This document shows positions 9,618 to 19,927 of a stretch of DNA of 64,000 nt, piece by piece; position 1 is the first letter of the stretch, and each line of letters opens with the position of its first letter. Source of the DNA: a virus. The DNA lies in the IMG/VR virus record IMGVR_UViG_3300030098_005498, positions 1-64,000 of that record; one strand, given 5' to 3'. Below the pieces are notes generated by a model. It was not told where the DNA came from. It saw nothing but the letters and a program-made list of their open reading frames with translations, and searched no databases. The position numbers and the translations under genes were made by a program.

Positions 9618-10221
9618 ATACAGCATCCCCCCAACTTTCGGATTGCCATGCTGTAGCTATTCTCTTGAATCCAAAAGGTTGTAAAAAATTATCTAGATCT
9701 TGTATCATTGGACATCCTTCATAAACTTCATCTCTGTTGACTTCTAAAATCATAGAATCAATTTTAGGTAGGCAGTTTATAGCACCCTTTAGCACTTCTA
9801 GTTCGTAGCCCTGAACATCAATATTTAAAAAATTATATTCATCTTTGTGATAGTTGTCCAACATGTCTACTTTTACATCTATTGTTTCTTTAAATGATAT
9901 TTCGGCATGTTCTATGAGATGTTTCTTTGGCTTCATTAAAGAGCTAGAAGCACCACAACCATTTCTAATTCCCCCTTCTCTCCAAGAGACGTACATTTCT
10001 TTTGTGTCACATTTTGAACCCAGGGCCACATTATGAATCGTTTCATTTGATGTACATTTGTCTTTTACTATGTTATATAGGTTTGGTTGCGGCTCAAACA
10101 TTATAGTATTGTATAAATCTAGCTTTCTGTAGCTTTCTAATTCTTCTCCAACAAAAGCTCCAACATGCATTACGCCAGTAATAGGCCAATTTTTATGTAT
10201 TTGATTAATGTCGAATATCAT
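9604..10221 (-). CDS. FkbM family methyltransferase
   Basis: HVGAFVGEE, FEPQP, NIDVQGYELEVLKGA. Confidence 0.85.
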   Translation of the reverse strand: MIFDINQIHKNWPITGVMHVGAFVGEELESYRKLDLYNTIMFEPQPNLYNIVKDKCTSNETIHNVALGSKCDTKEMYVSWREGGIRNGCGASSSLMKPKKHLIEHAEISFKETIDVKVDMLDNYHKDEYNFLNIDVQGYELEVLKGAINCLPKIDSMILEVNRDEVYEGCPMIQDLDNFLQPFGFKRIATAWQSESWGDAVYARN

Positions 10222-11129
10222 TATTTAATTCCTTTGAGAATATCAATTTCCGTATGGCAACATTCTATGCTTGGAAACTGTATTTTTTCTATATCAATTC
10301 TTTTTCCTTGGTTGAATAAATCTAGAAATTCTGACGCAGATATATCAAAAACTTGTCCGTTATTATTTGGTATTGTATCTTGAACGCGATTGTTTGGACT
10401 GTTAACTACGCAGCTCTCTTTATAGATTGCTTGAAATGGTGCTGTTAGTGCTACATATCTTTGCAGGGCTGATTCAAATTCATTAGGGGTCTGTTTCCAA
10501 TTTTTGATTGGCTCTATATATGCAAGTTCCTTAACATATTCAAAAATTTCTTCAATTTGGTATATATGTCCGTCAACAGACAATGGGTAGTTCCAGTACC
10601 CTCCATGAAAATGTTGTGTTCTGTCATAGAAAATTATACCACGATCATGTTGGATTATGTTTTGAGTATTACTATAAAGTAAAGGCTCTTCTATAAAACC
10701 TTCCTCTCCAGACATTCCCCTTTTGTTGATGTTTAATCCCAATCTCAAAGAAAGATTAGATACTATTTTTTTATTTGTGCCCGATTCAATGAAGGTCTCA
10801 AAAGCATCTTTTAAGAAATCATTAGATAGTGCATTTGATTTTTTGTATACGATACAATCATCTGTTAGAAAACAACAATACTTACTAGTATCTTTAGACA
10901 GATAAATAATTGTTTCAATATCTTTAAATATTGATTTACTTTGTTGCCAAAAACTAACAGTGTTATGTTCTTTTTTTAAAAGATTGTACGAGTCTGTATA
11001 TATGTCATCACAGTCGTATAATACATATAAATCTAATTCACAATCTATTAGATTTTTTTTAATACTAGACAAACATAAATCTAATTGTAATGGTCTGTTT
11101 TTACTGAATACTATCAAACAAGTCTTCAA
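10221..11129 (-). CDS. Glycosyltransferase-like protein (GT-A)
   Basis: FSKNRPLQLDLCLSSI, FLTDD, YPLSVDGH motifs. Confidence 0.6.
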   Translation of the reverse strand: MKTCLIVFSKNRPLQLDLCLSSIKKNLIDCELDLYVLYDCDDIYTDSYNLLKKEHNTVSFWQQSKSIFKDIETIIYLSKDTSKYCCFLTDDCIVYKKSNALSNDFLKDAFETFIESGTNKKIVSNLSLRLGLNINKRGMSGEEGFIEEPLLYSNTQNIIQHDRGIIFYDRTQHFHGGYWNYPLSVDGHIYQIEEIFEYVKELAYIEPIKNWKQTPNEFESALQRYVALTAPFQAIYKESCVVNSPNNRVQDTIPNNNGQVFDISASEFLDLFNQGKRIDIEKIQFPSIECCHTEIDILKGIK

Positions 11130-12102
11130 AACCCTTCTCCTTTTTAAATTTATAGTACCAGCTTACAGTTTCCTTTAGTCCGTCGTATAATTTTGTTTGT
11201 GCTTGAAAGTTTAAAACTTTTGCAGCTCTGCTGACATCCAAACATCGTCTCGGCTGGCCATCAGGGAAGTCGCTATTGTAAACAATCTTTCCTTCGTATC
11301 CCATAATTTTAATCAACATGTTTGCAAGTTCTTTTATTTTAATTTCACTACATGTTCCAATGTTTATAGGATGAGGCGTTGTGTCTACTTCCAATGATTT
11401 AATAATCGCATCAGCACAATCATCAACATATAGAAATTCTCTGCTAACATTTCCACTGCCCCATAGTTCAATGGAGTTTTCGTTGTTTTGAATCGCTTTA
11501 TCTATTTTTAAAATAAGTGCAGGAATAACATGACTGCTGTTTGGATTAAAATTGTCATTTGGTCCATACATATTGACAGGAATTAAGTTGGTAGATTCTA
11601 GGCCATATTGATTTTTGTATGCAATGAGCATTTCCATCAATGTTTTTTTTGCGATACCGTAGGGTGCGTTTGTTTCCTCTGGGTAGCCGTTCCATATATC
11701 TTCTTCTTTGAATGGGACTGTAGTAAACTTAGGATAGGCACACACGGTTCCCACCATAATGAATTTTTTTAAATTGCCATACCTTCTTGCGGTTTCAATA
11801 AGATTCATACCCATGGCTAGATTATCATATAAAAATTTTCCAGGCTGTTCTCTGTTGATGCCAATGCCGCCACACGCTGCTGCCAGATGAATAACATAGT
11901 CTGGCTGGTATTGAGACATGGCGTAATCTACATATTTTTGTTTTGTTAAATCCCAGTATTTTTTACCACCAAGGGGAATTACTTTATACTTTTTCCCGTT
12001 TGTGTCTAACCATGCGTGGGGTTTTGTGGTTAATTTATTTGTTACCGCTTTTCCTAAAAAACCAGAAGATCCGGTAATCAAAACTTTAGGTTGGTTAGCC
12101 AT
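11101..12102 (-). CDS. fcl: GDP-L-fucose synthase
   Basis: TGSSGFLG, HLAAACGGIG, GTVCAYPK, YGIAKK, PVNMYGPNDNF, SSHVIPALI, REFLYVDD. Confidence 0.92.
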   Translation of the reverse strand: MANQPKVLITGSSGFLGKAVTNKLTTKPHAWLDTNGKKYKVIPLGGKKYWDLTKQKYVDYAMSQYQPDYVIHLAAACGGIGINREQPGKFLYDNLAMGMNLIETARRYGNLKKFIMVGTVCAYPKFTTVPFKEEDIWNGYPEETNAPYGIAKKTLMEMLIAYKNQYGLESTNLIPVNMYGPNDNFNPNSSHVIPALILKIDKAIQNNENSIELWGSGNVSREFLYVDDCADAIIKSLEVDTTPHPINIGTCSEIKIKELANMLIKIMGYEGKIVYNSDFPDGQPRRCLDVSRAAKVLNFQAQTKLYDGLKETVSWYYKFKKEKGFEDLFDSIQ

Positions 12103-13135
12103 TCAAAGTTTCCTTATATTGTGTTATAATATTTTTAGACAAATTTTCATATCCAAACTCTTGTAATATTTGTGCGGCTCTATGAAAACCCGTGTGGTTT
12201 TCCATTACAACTTTTTTGCCTTTTTCGCTACACCCGTAAGTTTCTTCAGGATTTTTCAAGTAGTGTTCTATCAAATCTTTAAAATGCTTGGGATTATTTG
12301 CTATAGGAACTGAATCGCCAAATATACTTTTGTACCCTTCTACATTATCACTAATGCAAAAGCCGCCAGCATATAGAATCTTAAAAATTCTTTCGTTAAC
12401 ATCAAATCCATATTCATGTGCATGAGGTTCACTTAGGTTTGGACATATTTTAGCAGAAACAAATAAATCTTTTACTTTGTTATCGTCGATAATGCCGCAA
12501 TATTGATTTACGCCCCATGGTTGGTTTCCGAATATCTTAACTTTATATTTACTTCTAGGGTGCAGTAATGGAAATAGATATGGTTCTAGAATTTGGCCTT
12601 TATAGGGCCAGAATCCTCCAATAAATCCAATATCGCATGATAATGCTGGATCAAACTCAGCACCAGAATATTCCAAAGTATCAGCACACATCATTAAAGA
12701 TATAGGTTTAATACCTATAGAGTTAAACTTATTGTGAGTAACGTCAATAGCTTGGGGTGTATAATGAATATGCACAAATTCTGGCTGTCCTGTTTGCATC
12801 TTTAACTCTTCTAACATCTCACGCTCTTTCACGCTACATGTTAAAATATTAAATCTGTTGTGATCAATCTCCGATGTTTGATCCCCCCAATCACCTGCAC
12901 GCAGCCCTACCTTTAAGTGAGGACGTTCTTTGATACAACTGATAGTTGATTGATCTATATTATATGCTTGACCCATAAATATATCTGGTTCAAATTTATC
13001 AAATACATCAAAAGCCGATGTATTTTTTATATCCCAGATTGCCATATCTACTCCGCATGACAGAAAAGCATGTGCCCACGCCATACGTTGATAATGATGG
13101 GCATGTAGACCATCACCAGCTATTAAAATTTTCAT
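12095..13135 (-). CDS. CgeB-like (GT-B) glycosyltransferase
   Basis: DIGFIGG, SAKICPN, NERIFKI...GGFCISD, HT..HRA motifs. Confidence 0.75.
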   Translation of the reverse strand: MKILIAGDGLHAHHYQRMAWAHAFLSCGVDMAIWDIKNTSAFDVFDKFEPDIFMGQAYNIDQSTISCIKERPHLKVGLRAGDWGDQTSEIDHNRFNILTCSVKEREMLEELKMQTGQPEFVHIHYTPQAIDVTHNKFNSIGIKPISLMMCADTLEYSGAEFDPALSCDIGFIGGFWPYKGQILEPYLFPLLHPRSKYKVKIFGNQPWGVNQYCGIIDDNKVKDLFVSAKICPNLSEPHAHEYGFDVNERIFKILYAGGFCISDNVEGYKSIFGDSVPIANNPKHFKDLIEHYLKNPEETYGCSEKGKKVVMENHTGFHRAAQILQEFGYENLSKNIITQYKETLNG

Positions 13136-13839
13136 TCAATGTCCCTTATTCTATCTATTTCTTTTATTTTCATTCCATTGGGCTCATAACATTGAAAAAC
13201 GCCCCCCTTTTCAACAACCTCGTTAATTATTTCAAAAGATAATTTTTTCTTTTCTTTGTTTTCAAATTTATTAAATATACTGTTTAATATTTTATATTCT
13301 TGTCCTGTAAAGAATGCTATCTGTGCCCATTTGTTTGGCAATCCATAGGACATAATTGATAATACATTATTAACTGAGGTTATTCCTATTTCGTTTTCTT
13401 TCATCATCTTAGTTGCATCTGTTATGATAAAAGATTTTGAGTAGTCAACATCTAAACATTTATTGTTAAAAAGTATATCACCATGAATAAACATAAAATT
13501 TTTACAACAGGAATTATTAAATGCCAACCTTAAACTTTCTGAAGAATTAGTTTGGTCATGTAGTTGATTTTCTATTACACGAGTTTTATTTTTAATTTTT
13601 TTAATTATTTTATTTGCATGACACCCGACGACTGTTATAATTTCAGGTTTATTAAAAAAGTTTTTGATAGTATCTATTTGATGATAAATTAAATTTTTGT
13701 TTTTTATCTTTAGTAGGCTCCTTGGTTCGTATGATTTAATTTTACTTCCGCTTCCTGCTGCCAATATTGCGATAGCAATTCCATTTTTTTCATTATTGCT
13801 AATGTGTTTCTTTTTTATATTGGTAACAAATCTAGTCAT
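13132..13839 (-). CDS. Nucleotidyltransferase (LicC/MobA-like NTP transferase)
   Basis: ILAAGSGSK...PRSLL, TNSSESL, HGDILF, EID..D. Confidence 0.7.
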   Translation of the reverse strand: MTRFVTNIKKKHISNNEKNGIAIAILAAGSGSKIKSYEPRSLLKIKNKNLIYHQIDTIKNFFNKPEIITVVGCHANKIIKKIKNKTRVIENQLHDQTNSSESLRLAFNNSCCKNFMFIHGDILFNNKCLDVDYSKSFIITDATKMMKENEIGITSVNNVLSIMSYGLPNKWAQIAFFTGQEYKILNSIFNKFENKEKKKLSFEIINEVVEKGGVFQCYEPNGMKIKEIDRIRDIE

Positions 13840-14576
13840 TATTTATCCATTATAATCTTTGCATTTTGTTGAAAGATATCTGCTGTCATTTTCATAGATT
13901 GATTGTTGCCGTGTTGATTGGCAATCGCTAGACACTCAGGTATATGAGTTATCACACACACTTTGGATAATCTTAGCCATAGGTCATAGTCTTCGGTGCA
14001 TCCTATAAAACCCTCACTTGCTGGCCCATGTAAACGACTATCAAAAAATTCTCCATTTGGTAATCTGACAAGTTCTAAATATTGTTTTTTGATTAATGCG
14101 TTGCTATGAACCATACATCTACGCTGCAATCCAATTTTATCATATGATGGTTTAAACTCGCGTTTGATATAATTTGGAAAAATATTTTCATAATCTGCGT
14201 AAGCCACTCCCACTTCTTCATGTTCGGTAAGCTTCTCAACTAGCCTTTCAACTTTGGTAGGATGATAAGCATCGTCAGCATCGAGTATTCCAATGATATC
14301 GGCCCAGTCTAGACACATTTCAATAGCTGTATTTCGAGCCACGCTGGCTCCTGAATTTTCTATTCTTTTTTTCCATAGAAAATCTGATTTTGCTGTTTTT
14401 GGCTCACGGGTTTTTTGTTGACATATTTTTTCCCATGAGTCGTCAGTTGATCCATCATCTACAACATACAAACGGAGTGGTCCAACGTATGTTTGCTGCC
14501 TAATACTTTCTATCGCGGAAATAATATATTTGCTATAATTATAATTCGCACAAATAATTGCTACTTTAGGAAGCAT
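13839..14576 (-). CDS. Glycosyltransferase family 2
   Basis: VVDDGSTD, GASVARN, LDADD, TEDYDLWLR; GGGAGG RBS before 14576. Confidence 0.9.
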   Translation of the reverse strand: MLPKVAIICANYNYSKYIISAIESIRQQTYVGPLRLYVVDDGSTDDSWEKICQQKTREPKTAKSDFLWKKRIENSGASVARNTAIEMCLDWADIIGILDADDAYHPTKVERLVEKLTEHEEVGVAYADYENIFPNYIKREFKPSYDKIGLQRRCMVHSNALIKKQYLELVRLPNGEFFDSRLHGPASEGFIGCTEDYDLWLRLSKVCVITHIPECLAIANQHGNNQSMKMTADIFQQNAKIIMDK

Positions 14577-15390
14577 TGAATTCCTCCCATGAAAGTAAAT
14601 TATTAGTATTACTTCTTTTGGCGGCATCGCGAACCTTTTCCAAAAATCCTCGACCATCCACTATTTCATCTTGGAAAACTTTAACCTTATTGCCATTTAA
14701 AAACTTAAATAAATAGGCTGGAAATATCATTCCGTTGTATCCATCGTGCGGTTCTACTAATACAACTTGACGCATATCTATATTTATAATTTTATGTATA
14801 GTGCCAGCTATATCTTTTGTAAGAGTATCTCCGCTGGTTAAAGTCATAATCCAACTGTTTTGAGCGTGATGAAATGCCGCATCAATATTTTCTTGAACTA
14901 TTTTGGGAGCTTGTGATAGTTGCACAATGTGATACATTGTTTCTACTTCGTCTTTATCCTCGTCTCCAAAGAATTTAATAAATAATTCCCAAGTCTCTTC
15001 ATTAAATTCAACCCTGTCTGTAATTACTACAACATAATTCGGGACATGGTTAGAATTTTCTGTTATTGATTTTAGTGTTGTTTCTAATTTGTTAATTGCA
15101 TCGTTTTCTTGAGTATTTAACCTGATAAAGTATCCCATTCTGGGATAGATTTCTTCTAATACTGCGTTTTCTGGATCTAGAGATTCTTCAAAATCTAACC
15201 ATTCAAGCCATTCCTTGGGCCTATGAACATTGCAAACTCTATCTAAAAGATAGCTTGTCTTACCTTCTTCGTTTTTTTGCTCTTCATAAATACCGAGTTT
15301 TTCTGGACGGTTTAGAGTACATCCAGTTTGTTTATTATCTGAATATTTGATAAATATACATTCATCACATGATGTTCTTATCTTATTCAT
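14566..15390 (-). CDS. Hypothetical protein with N-terminal Cys cluster and degenerate GT-A-like region
   Basis: SCDECIF...GC...RVC; operonic. Confidence 0.5.
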   Translation of the reverse strand: MNKIRTSCDECIFIKYSDNKQTGCTLNRPEKLGIYEEQKNEEGKTSYLLDRVCNVHRPKEWLEWLDFEESLDPENAVLEEIYPRMGYFIRLNTQENDAINKLETTLKSITENSNHVPNYVVVITDRVEFNEETWELFIKFFGDEDKDEVETMYHIVQLSQAPKIVQENIDAAFHHAQNSWIMTLTSGDTLTKDIAGTIHKIINIDMRQVVLVEPHDGYNGMIFPAYLFKFLNGNKVKVFQDEIVDGRGFLEKVRDAAKRSNTNNLLSWEEFNAS

Positions 15391-15812
15391 TTCAACCTTT
15401 CTAGGGTTATTGTGAAAATCGTTTCATCAAAACCTTTAGATATTGTAGACAACTCATATGGATTTAGCATAGACTCGATAGTTTCACTGGTAAGAATACT
15501 TTTAATGCCAGTTCCCATGTCGTTAAATATTGCATGGTTTAATCTTTCAATATCTACTGATTCTTTGAAAATATGTCTGGATATTAAACTAAAGTCTTTT
15601 TCAGAAATTATTAATTCACATCTTAATCTCATTTTCTTTACTATTAATGCAATGACTTTAGGAAGATCAGAATAATTAAAATTACATAAAAAGTTTTCAC
15701 ATATAATAGATGTAGCCTCATTATCTCCAACATTCCTAGAAAAAGACAATATATCTGAAAAACTTTTATATCCTTTTAAAGATTTATTATTTGATGTTAA
15801 ATGAACTAGCAT
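15387..15812 (-). CDS. Hypothetical protein (degenerate methyltransferase-like)
   Basis: Operonic ORF with weak resemblance to a class I MTase core lacking the GxG motif. Confidence 0.4.
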   Translation of the reverse strand: MLVHLTSNNKSLKGYKSFSDILSFSRNVGDNEATSIICENFLCNFNYSDLPKVIALIVKKMRLRCELIISEKDFSLISRHIFKESVDIERLNHAIFNDMGTGIKSILTSETIESMLNPYELSTISKGFDETIFTITLERLK

Positions 15813-16849
15813 CTAAATTCTCCAATAGTTTTATAAAGTAGCTTATTCCAATTTTCTATAAACTTAGGCAGATTGTATTTATCTTCTATAGTTTTTCTTG
15901 CTGCTTGTCCCATTTTGCTTGCCAATACGGGATCATTGAGAAGTTTAATACAATATCCTTCTAATTCTTCTGGATCATTAGACATAAATCCATTGACTCC
16001 ATGTTCCACAACTTCTGGTATCATACATGTTTTAGTTGAAACAATTGGGCATCCGCAGGACATAGCTTCCAATATTACTGTAGGAATTGGAGAATGTAAA
16101 GATGTATTTAAAAACAATCTGGCTTGTTGGTAATAATATCTTAGTTCGTCTTTATCCTCTGCTGGCCTAGAGAATGCAGCATTGCTACTTTCACCCTTGA
16201 CTAAAGTCGGCAAATTTTTAGTTACCTCTCTCCACAAATCAAACCCACAGCACCAATTTCTGTCGGGAAAATAGTTGACTACATTTAAGCAAAAAGGGGG
16301 GTAGTCTATTTTATTTTTAGTTTCGGACTTTGAAGGAGTCTCTGGGTTCCAAAATTCAGTGTCAACACCATGAGGTATTACGCTAGAATTATATTTGGAA
16401 AATTTCCATTGACTCTGATTAAAATCTGAAATAAAACAATTAGCATCAACAGGAATCCGGTGATAATTCTTTATTTCTTTTTCAACATTAAAATTAATAT
16501 CTGGTAAGACGTGGCAATGTCTTAAAACAGGAACTGCTATATTTTTCAGTCCCCCCTTGGTCCCAGATAATAGATCATGAGCCACTTGGATTCTGTCACA
16601 GGTTGTATGACTTAAAACAATGTCGATGTCTACCCAGTTTGGCAGTCGGTTGACAATATGATAATTGTCTGGAATTGGAGCATATGTTTGATTCCATTGT
16701 TTCCCGTAGTTGAAAGAATAAAAATTATGTCCCGTTCGACATAAATTTTCTTCATACCTTTCGTGTGTGGCAAAGGTAAGAATATTTAGCTTGTCTCCCG
16801 GCTGTTTCATAAGGGATCTAACCGACCTTATGTTTGCTCTAGCTGTCAT
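15806..16849 (-). CDS. Glycosyltransferase family 4
   Basis: IPHGVDTEFW, LEAMSCGCPIVST, EVVEHGVNG. Confidence 0.88.
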   Translation of the reverse strand: MTARANIRSVRSLMKQPGDKLNILTFATHERYEENLCRTGHNFYSFNYGKQWNQTYAPIPDNYHIVNRLPNWVDIDIVLSHTTCDRIQVAHDLLSGTKGGLKNIAVPVLRHCHVLPDINFNVEKEIKNYHRIPVDANCFISDFNQSQWKFSKYNSSVIPHGVDTEFWNPETPSKSETKNKIDYPPFCLNVVNYFPDRNWCCGFDLWREVTKNLPTLVKGESSNAAFSRPAEDKDELRYYYQQARLFLNTSLHSPIPTVILEAMSCGCPIVSTKTCMIPEVVEHGVNGFMSNDPEELEGYCIKLLNDPVLASKMGQAARKTIEDKYNLPKFIENWNKLLYKTIGEFRC

Positions 16850-17931
16850 TTAAGAATCTCCTTGATTATTTTACCTACTGATTCATGGCTGTATTCTAGA
16901 GATTTTTCAATACATGTCTTTTTATACTTGTCTTTATTTCTTTGATCTGATAAATGCGAATACATATATCTCATGGTTTCACTAAGACTTTGCACATCTA
17001 TATCCTGCCAATTTGCGTCAGCAGTATCTAGGTCTGGCAATGTTTCTATCGCACCAAAACATGGAACTGTATAAGATCGCACCTTCTCTCCAACGGTGTG
17101 TTCCATGCCAATATACATTGTATGAATGCTAGGTATACCCATTGCCATAGCTTCTAAAGAGGGTATACAAAACGCTTCACCTCTGCTTGGCATAACAAAA
17201 CAATCGACTTGATTTAGTACGGAAATATAGTCCTTTTGCTCCATTATTCCAGAAATTATTACTTCTTCCTTGTATGTCTTTCGGATCTTTAGTCCATTTT
17301 TTACATGTCTACAATACGCTTGTACTTGTTCTAAATCCTTCTTTGACGTTTTAATAAAAAGATTCACAGGTTCTTTTGGATCAAATGTTATGTGAAAAGC
17401 TTGTATTAATGCCTTTATATTTTTTCTCTCTATAAACTCTCCCACAAATCCAAAGGAAAAATGATTTTGTAAAACATCAATTTTTTGCCCGTGTTTGTTT
17501 TCTTTATTTTTATAATCTGATAAGTTTAAAGAATGGGGAACTACCTTGATGGGTTTTTTGACATCGCTTGCCTGTGTTTGTTGTTTTGCGATTAAACTAG
17601 GAACCCAGATTTCGTCCATTAGATTGCAGTTATGCTGCCATCCTGTAGATTTGAAATCAGAAGTTTCGCAAGCAAAAAAGCCAATATTTTTATAGTTACC
17701 ATTATACCAATAGTTAGAAGGTAACGTATGCTGAACCACTACATCACAATTATCTTTGGATTGTAATTCTAATTGTTTGATTCTATCTGGATATTCTTTG
17801 TCCTTAGATTCATATGTAACAGCTCTAGGTACAACTTTAATACCAGCAGCATCCATTGCTAGTATGTTATTTATTGCGGCATTTCCCCAGCCAGTTCCAT
17901 CGCGGTAATGACCTATGTATAAAACTTTCAT
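16846..17931 (-). CDS. Glycosyltransferase family 4
   Basis: ERKNIKALI, DCFVMPSRGEAFCIPSLEAMAMG. Confidence 0.88.
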   Translation of the reverse strand: MKVLYIGHYRDGTGWGNAAINNILAMDAAGIKVVPRAVTYESKDKEYPDRIKQLELQSKDNCDVVVQHTLPSNYWYNGNYKNIGFFACETSDFKSTGWQHNCNLMDEIWVPSLIAKQQTQASDVKKPIKVVPHSLNLSDYKNKENKHGQKIDVLQNHFSFGFVGEFIERKNIKALIQAFHITFDPKEPVNLFIKTSKKDLEQVQAYCRHVKNGLKIRKTYKEEVIISGIMEQKDYISVLNQVDCFVMPSRGEAFCIPSLEAMAMGIPSIHTMYIGMEHTVGEKVRSYTVPCFGAIETLPDLDTADANWQDIDVQSLSETMRYMYSHLSDQRNKDKYKKTCIEKSLEYSHESVGKIIKEILK

Positions 17932-17951
17932 TCTACTCTAAATTTCCTTAA

Positions 17952-19595
17952 TTACACTGTTTTGTTGTGGATGACTTTAGCTCTGTACTTTTCCCAATGA
18001 TTCCATTGTTCTCTTAAATGTACTAGTTCTTTTACTGCCATTTCCATGTTAAAACGTTGGTATTTATCAACTTTAGGAGTGTGCGACTCATGAAAATAAT
18101 AGTCATCTTCAGAGTTGTGAACTCTATATCCAAAGGTAATATCTTTAATTACCTTACTCCAGAAATAGCCACCAATCCATTCCGATTTATGAAGTATATT
18201 GTTGAAAAAATAATTAACTTGATCTTTTAGATCTATAATGTCATTAGGCATATCAGTAGCGGGTTGTTTAATCTGTATTGGAGACAACCAAGTTTCTGAA
18301 TGATCTTTCATTGGTATTGTTTTGAAGTGATCAATCCAAGTTTGTGCCGTTTTGTCCCAATCATAATTTTGTCTAGCCCGTTTTGCAATTTCTATTCCTT
18401 TTGGTTTAAGTGCAGTTGGATGCTCCATAATTGTTTTTAGCATATTAATCATTGTCTCGTTATCCGGTACAGCTCGATAACATCCTGTTTCGCATTCCAT
18501 ACTGAGTGCTAGGGGATCTATCGGCCAAGCTCCTGTGTTTTTAACCACAGATTCCATGGCGGAATAATTCATAGCTATAAATGGAACACCGCAACAAGCG
18601 GCCTCTAGTTGAGGCATTCCAAACCCCTCACTATTAGCATACTGTATATACAAATCAAAAGTATTATATATTTTAGCTAGTTGTTCTGTAGTAATTGAAT
18701 TGTCAATACCAATTAAACGTTTGGAAAATTTACTACAATTTGGACAATAACATGCAGTATCTTGGAAAAAGTCTACACTAAGAGTGTCGCAATTATTACA
18801 ATAATATGAAAACAAAACTCTATTATTTAGACCAAACTCATCTAATAATGCGGGCGTTTCCCACCCAATATCTGGATAGTAATGATGGCAATAGAGAAAT
18901 ACGTTTGGGTTTTTAGTTTGATCTAAGAAACCTCTGAACATTTTGAACAGATCTGGATACAACTTTCTACGTTGATTACGCATTACAGTTCCAATGATGA
19001 TAGAATCTTTATCAATACCCATAGACTCTTTATGAGCATTTTTATCTTGCACCCAATCAAACTCTTTACTAGCAGCGGGCGGTGCAACGTCAATAAAATT
19101 AATTTTGTCAGATTGCTCTAACATCACATCTCTGCCAAATTCAGAATATGAAAAGACAGAATCAGCATTTGCAAATGTACTGAGCCACTGAGGGTTTTGT
19201 GGAGTTGCGTCAACTGTAGGCATTATTGACCAGTGAAAAAAATCTCTGAAAGCACTTCTTTCTTGATATTCAAACATCCACCAATCGCGTATATCCATCA
19301 CGATATCTGGTTTAAAATCTAATAAAACAGAATTAAAAGTGTTTTCGCCAAATATCATACTTGGATTTTGTACATATGTTTCAAAATGAGGATCGCTTCC
19401 TAATGGCCTATTTGGATATACTTTCCAAGGACATTTACTAATGTTGGGATCTTCTTCATCTACATAACATGCAATTTCTGCAACTTCAAATTCTGGCACC
19501 TTATGAAGCCTAGATAAAACTTCTTTACCGTAGACACCATAACCCGTCCCTTTCCACGAAGCGTCATTTACCCAAAGAATTCTTTTTTTTCTCAT
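17952..19595 (-). CDS. Glycosyltransferase family 4 with internal zinc ribbon
   Basis: TGYGVY, MRNQRRKLYP, CNNC...CPNC insert, NSEGFGMPQLEAACCG. Confidence 0.85.
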   Translation of the reverse strand: MRKKRILWVNDASWKGTGYGVYGKEVLSRLHKVPEFEVAEIACYVDEEDPNISKCPWKVYPNRPLGSDPHFETYVQNPSMIFGENTFNSVLLDFKPDIVMDIRDWWMFEYQERSAFRDFFHWSIMPTVDATPQNPQWLSTFANADSVFSYSEFGRDVMLEQSDKINFIDVAPPAASKEFDWVQDKNAHKESMGIDKDSIIIGTVMRNQRRKLYPDLFKMFRGFLDQTKNPNVFLYCHHYYPDIGWETPALLDEFGLNNRVLFSYYCNNCDTLSVDFFQDTACYCPNCSKFSKRLIGIDNSITTEQLAKIYNTFDLYIQYANSEGFGMPQLEAACCGVPFIAMNYSAMESVVKNTGAWPIDPLALSMECETGCYRAVPDNETMINMLKTIMEHPTALKPKGIEIAKRARQNYDWDKTAQTWIDHFKTIPMKDHSETWLSPIQIKQPATDMPNDIIDLKDQVNYFFNNILHKSEWIGGYFWSKVIKDITFGYRVHNSEDDYYFHESHTPKVDKYQRFNMEMAVKELVHLREQWNHWEKYRAKVIHNKTV

Positions 19596-19915
19596 GATTT
19601 ATGTAATATCTTAAAATTAGTTACCCTAAAATATGTTTCTAATATCTCATCTTTTATACCATCTAACGTAAACGAAGAGTTTCTAGCTATAGCCTCTACC
19701 GCCATTAAAGATCCGCAATCTGCATATTTATGGATTGCTAACGCCGCAGAATCCCAAGCTTCACAATTCAAATATGTAACAGTTCTAATTTTTTCACCAT
19801 TGTAGTCCTTTCTAAATTCCTCTACTTCCAACTCAAAAAGTACAACGGGCACCTCTTCTTTGTGATGTATTTCTGGATTATAGGTAACTTTACCTAGAAA
19901 ATGACATTTATTCAC
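19592..19915 (-). CDS. SSB/PriB-like OB-fold protein (no acidic tail)
   Basis: MNKCHFLGKVTYNPE...TYLNCEAW...GSLMAVEA. Confidence 0.7.
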   Translation of the reverse strand: MNKCHFLGKVTYNPEIHHKEEVPVVLFELEVEEFRKDYNGEKIRTVTYLNCEAWDSAALAIHKYADCGSLMAVEAIARNSSFTLDGIKDEILETYFRVTNFKILHKS

Positions 19916-19927
19916 TTTTATTCCTTC

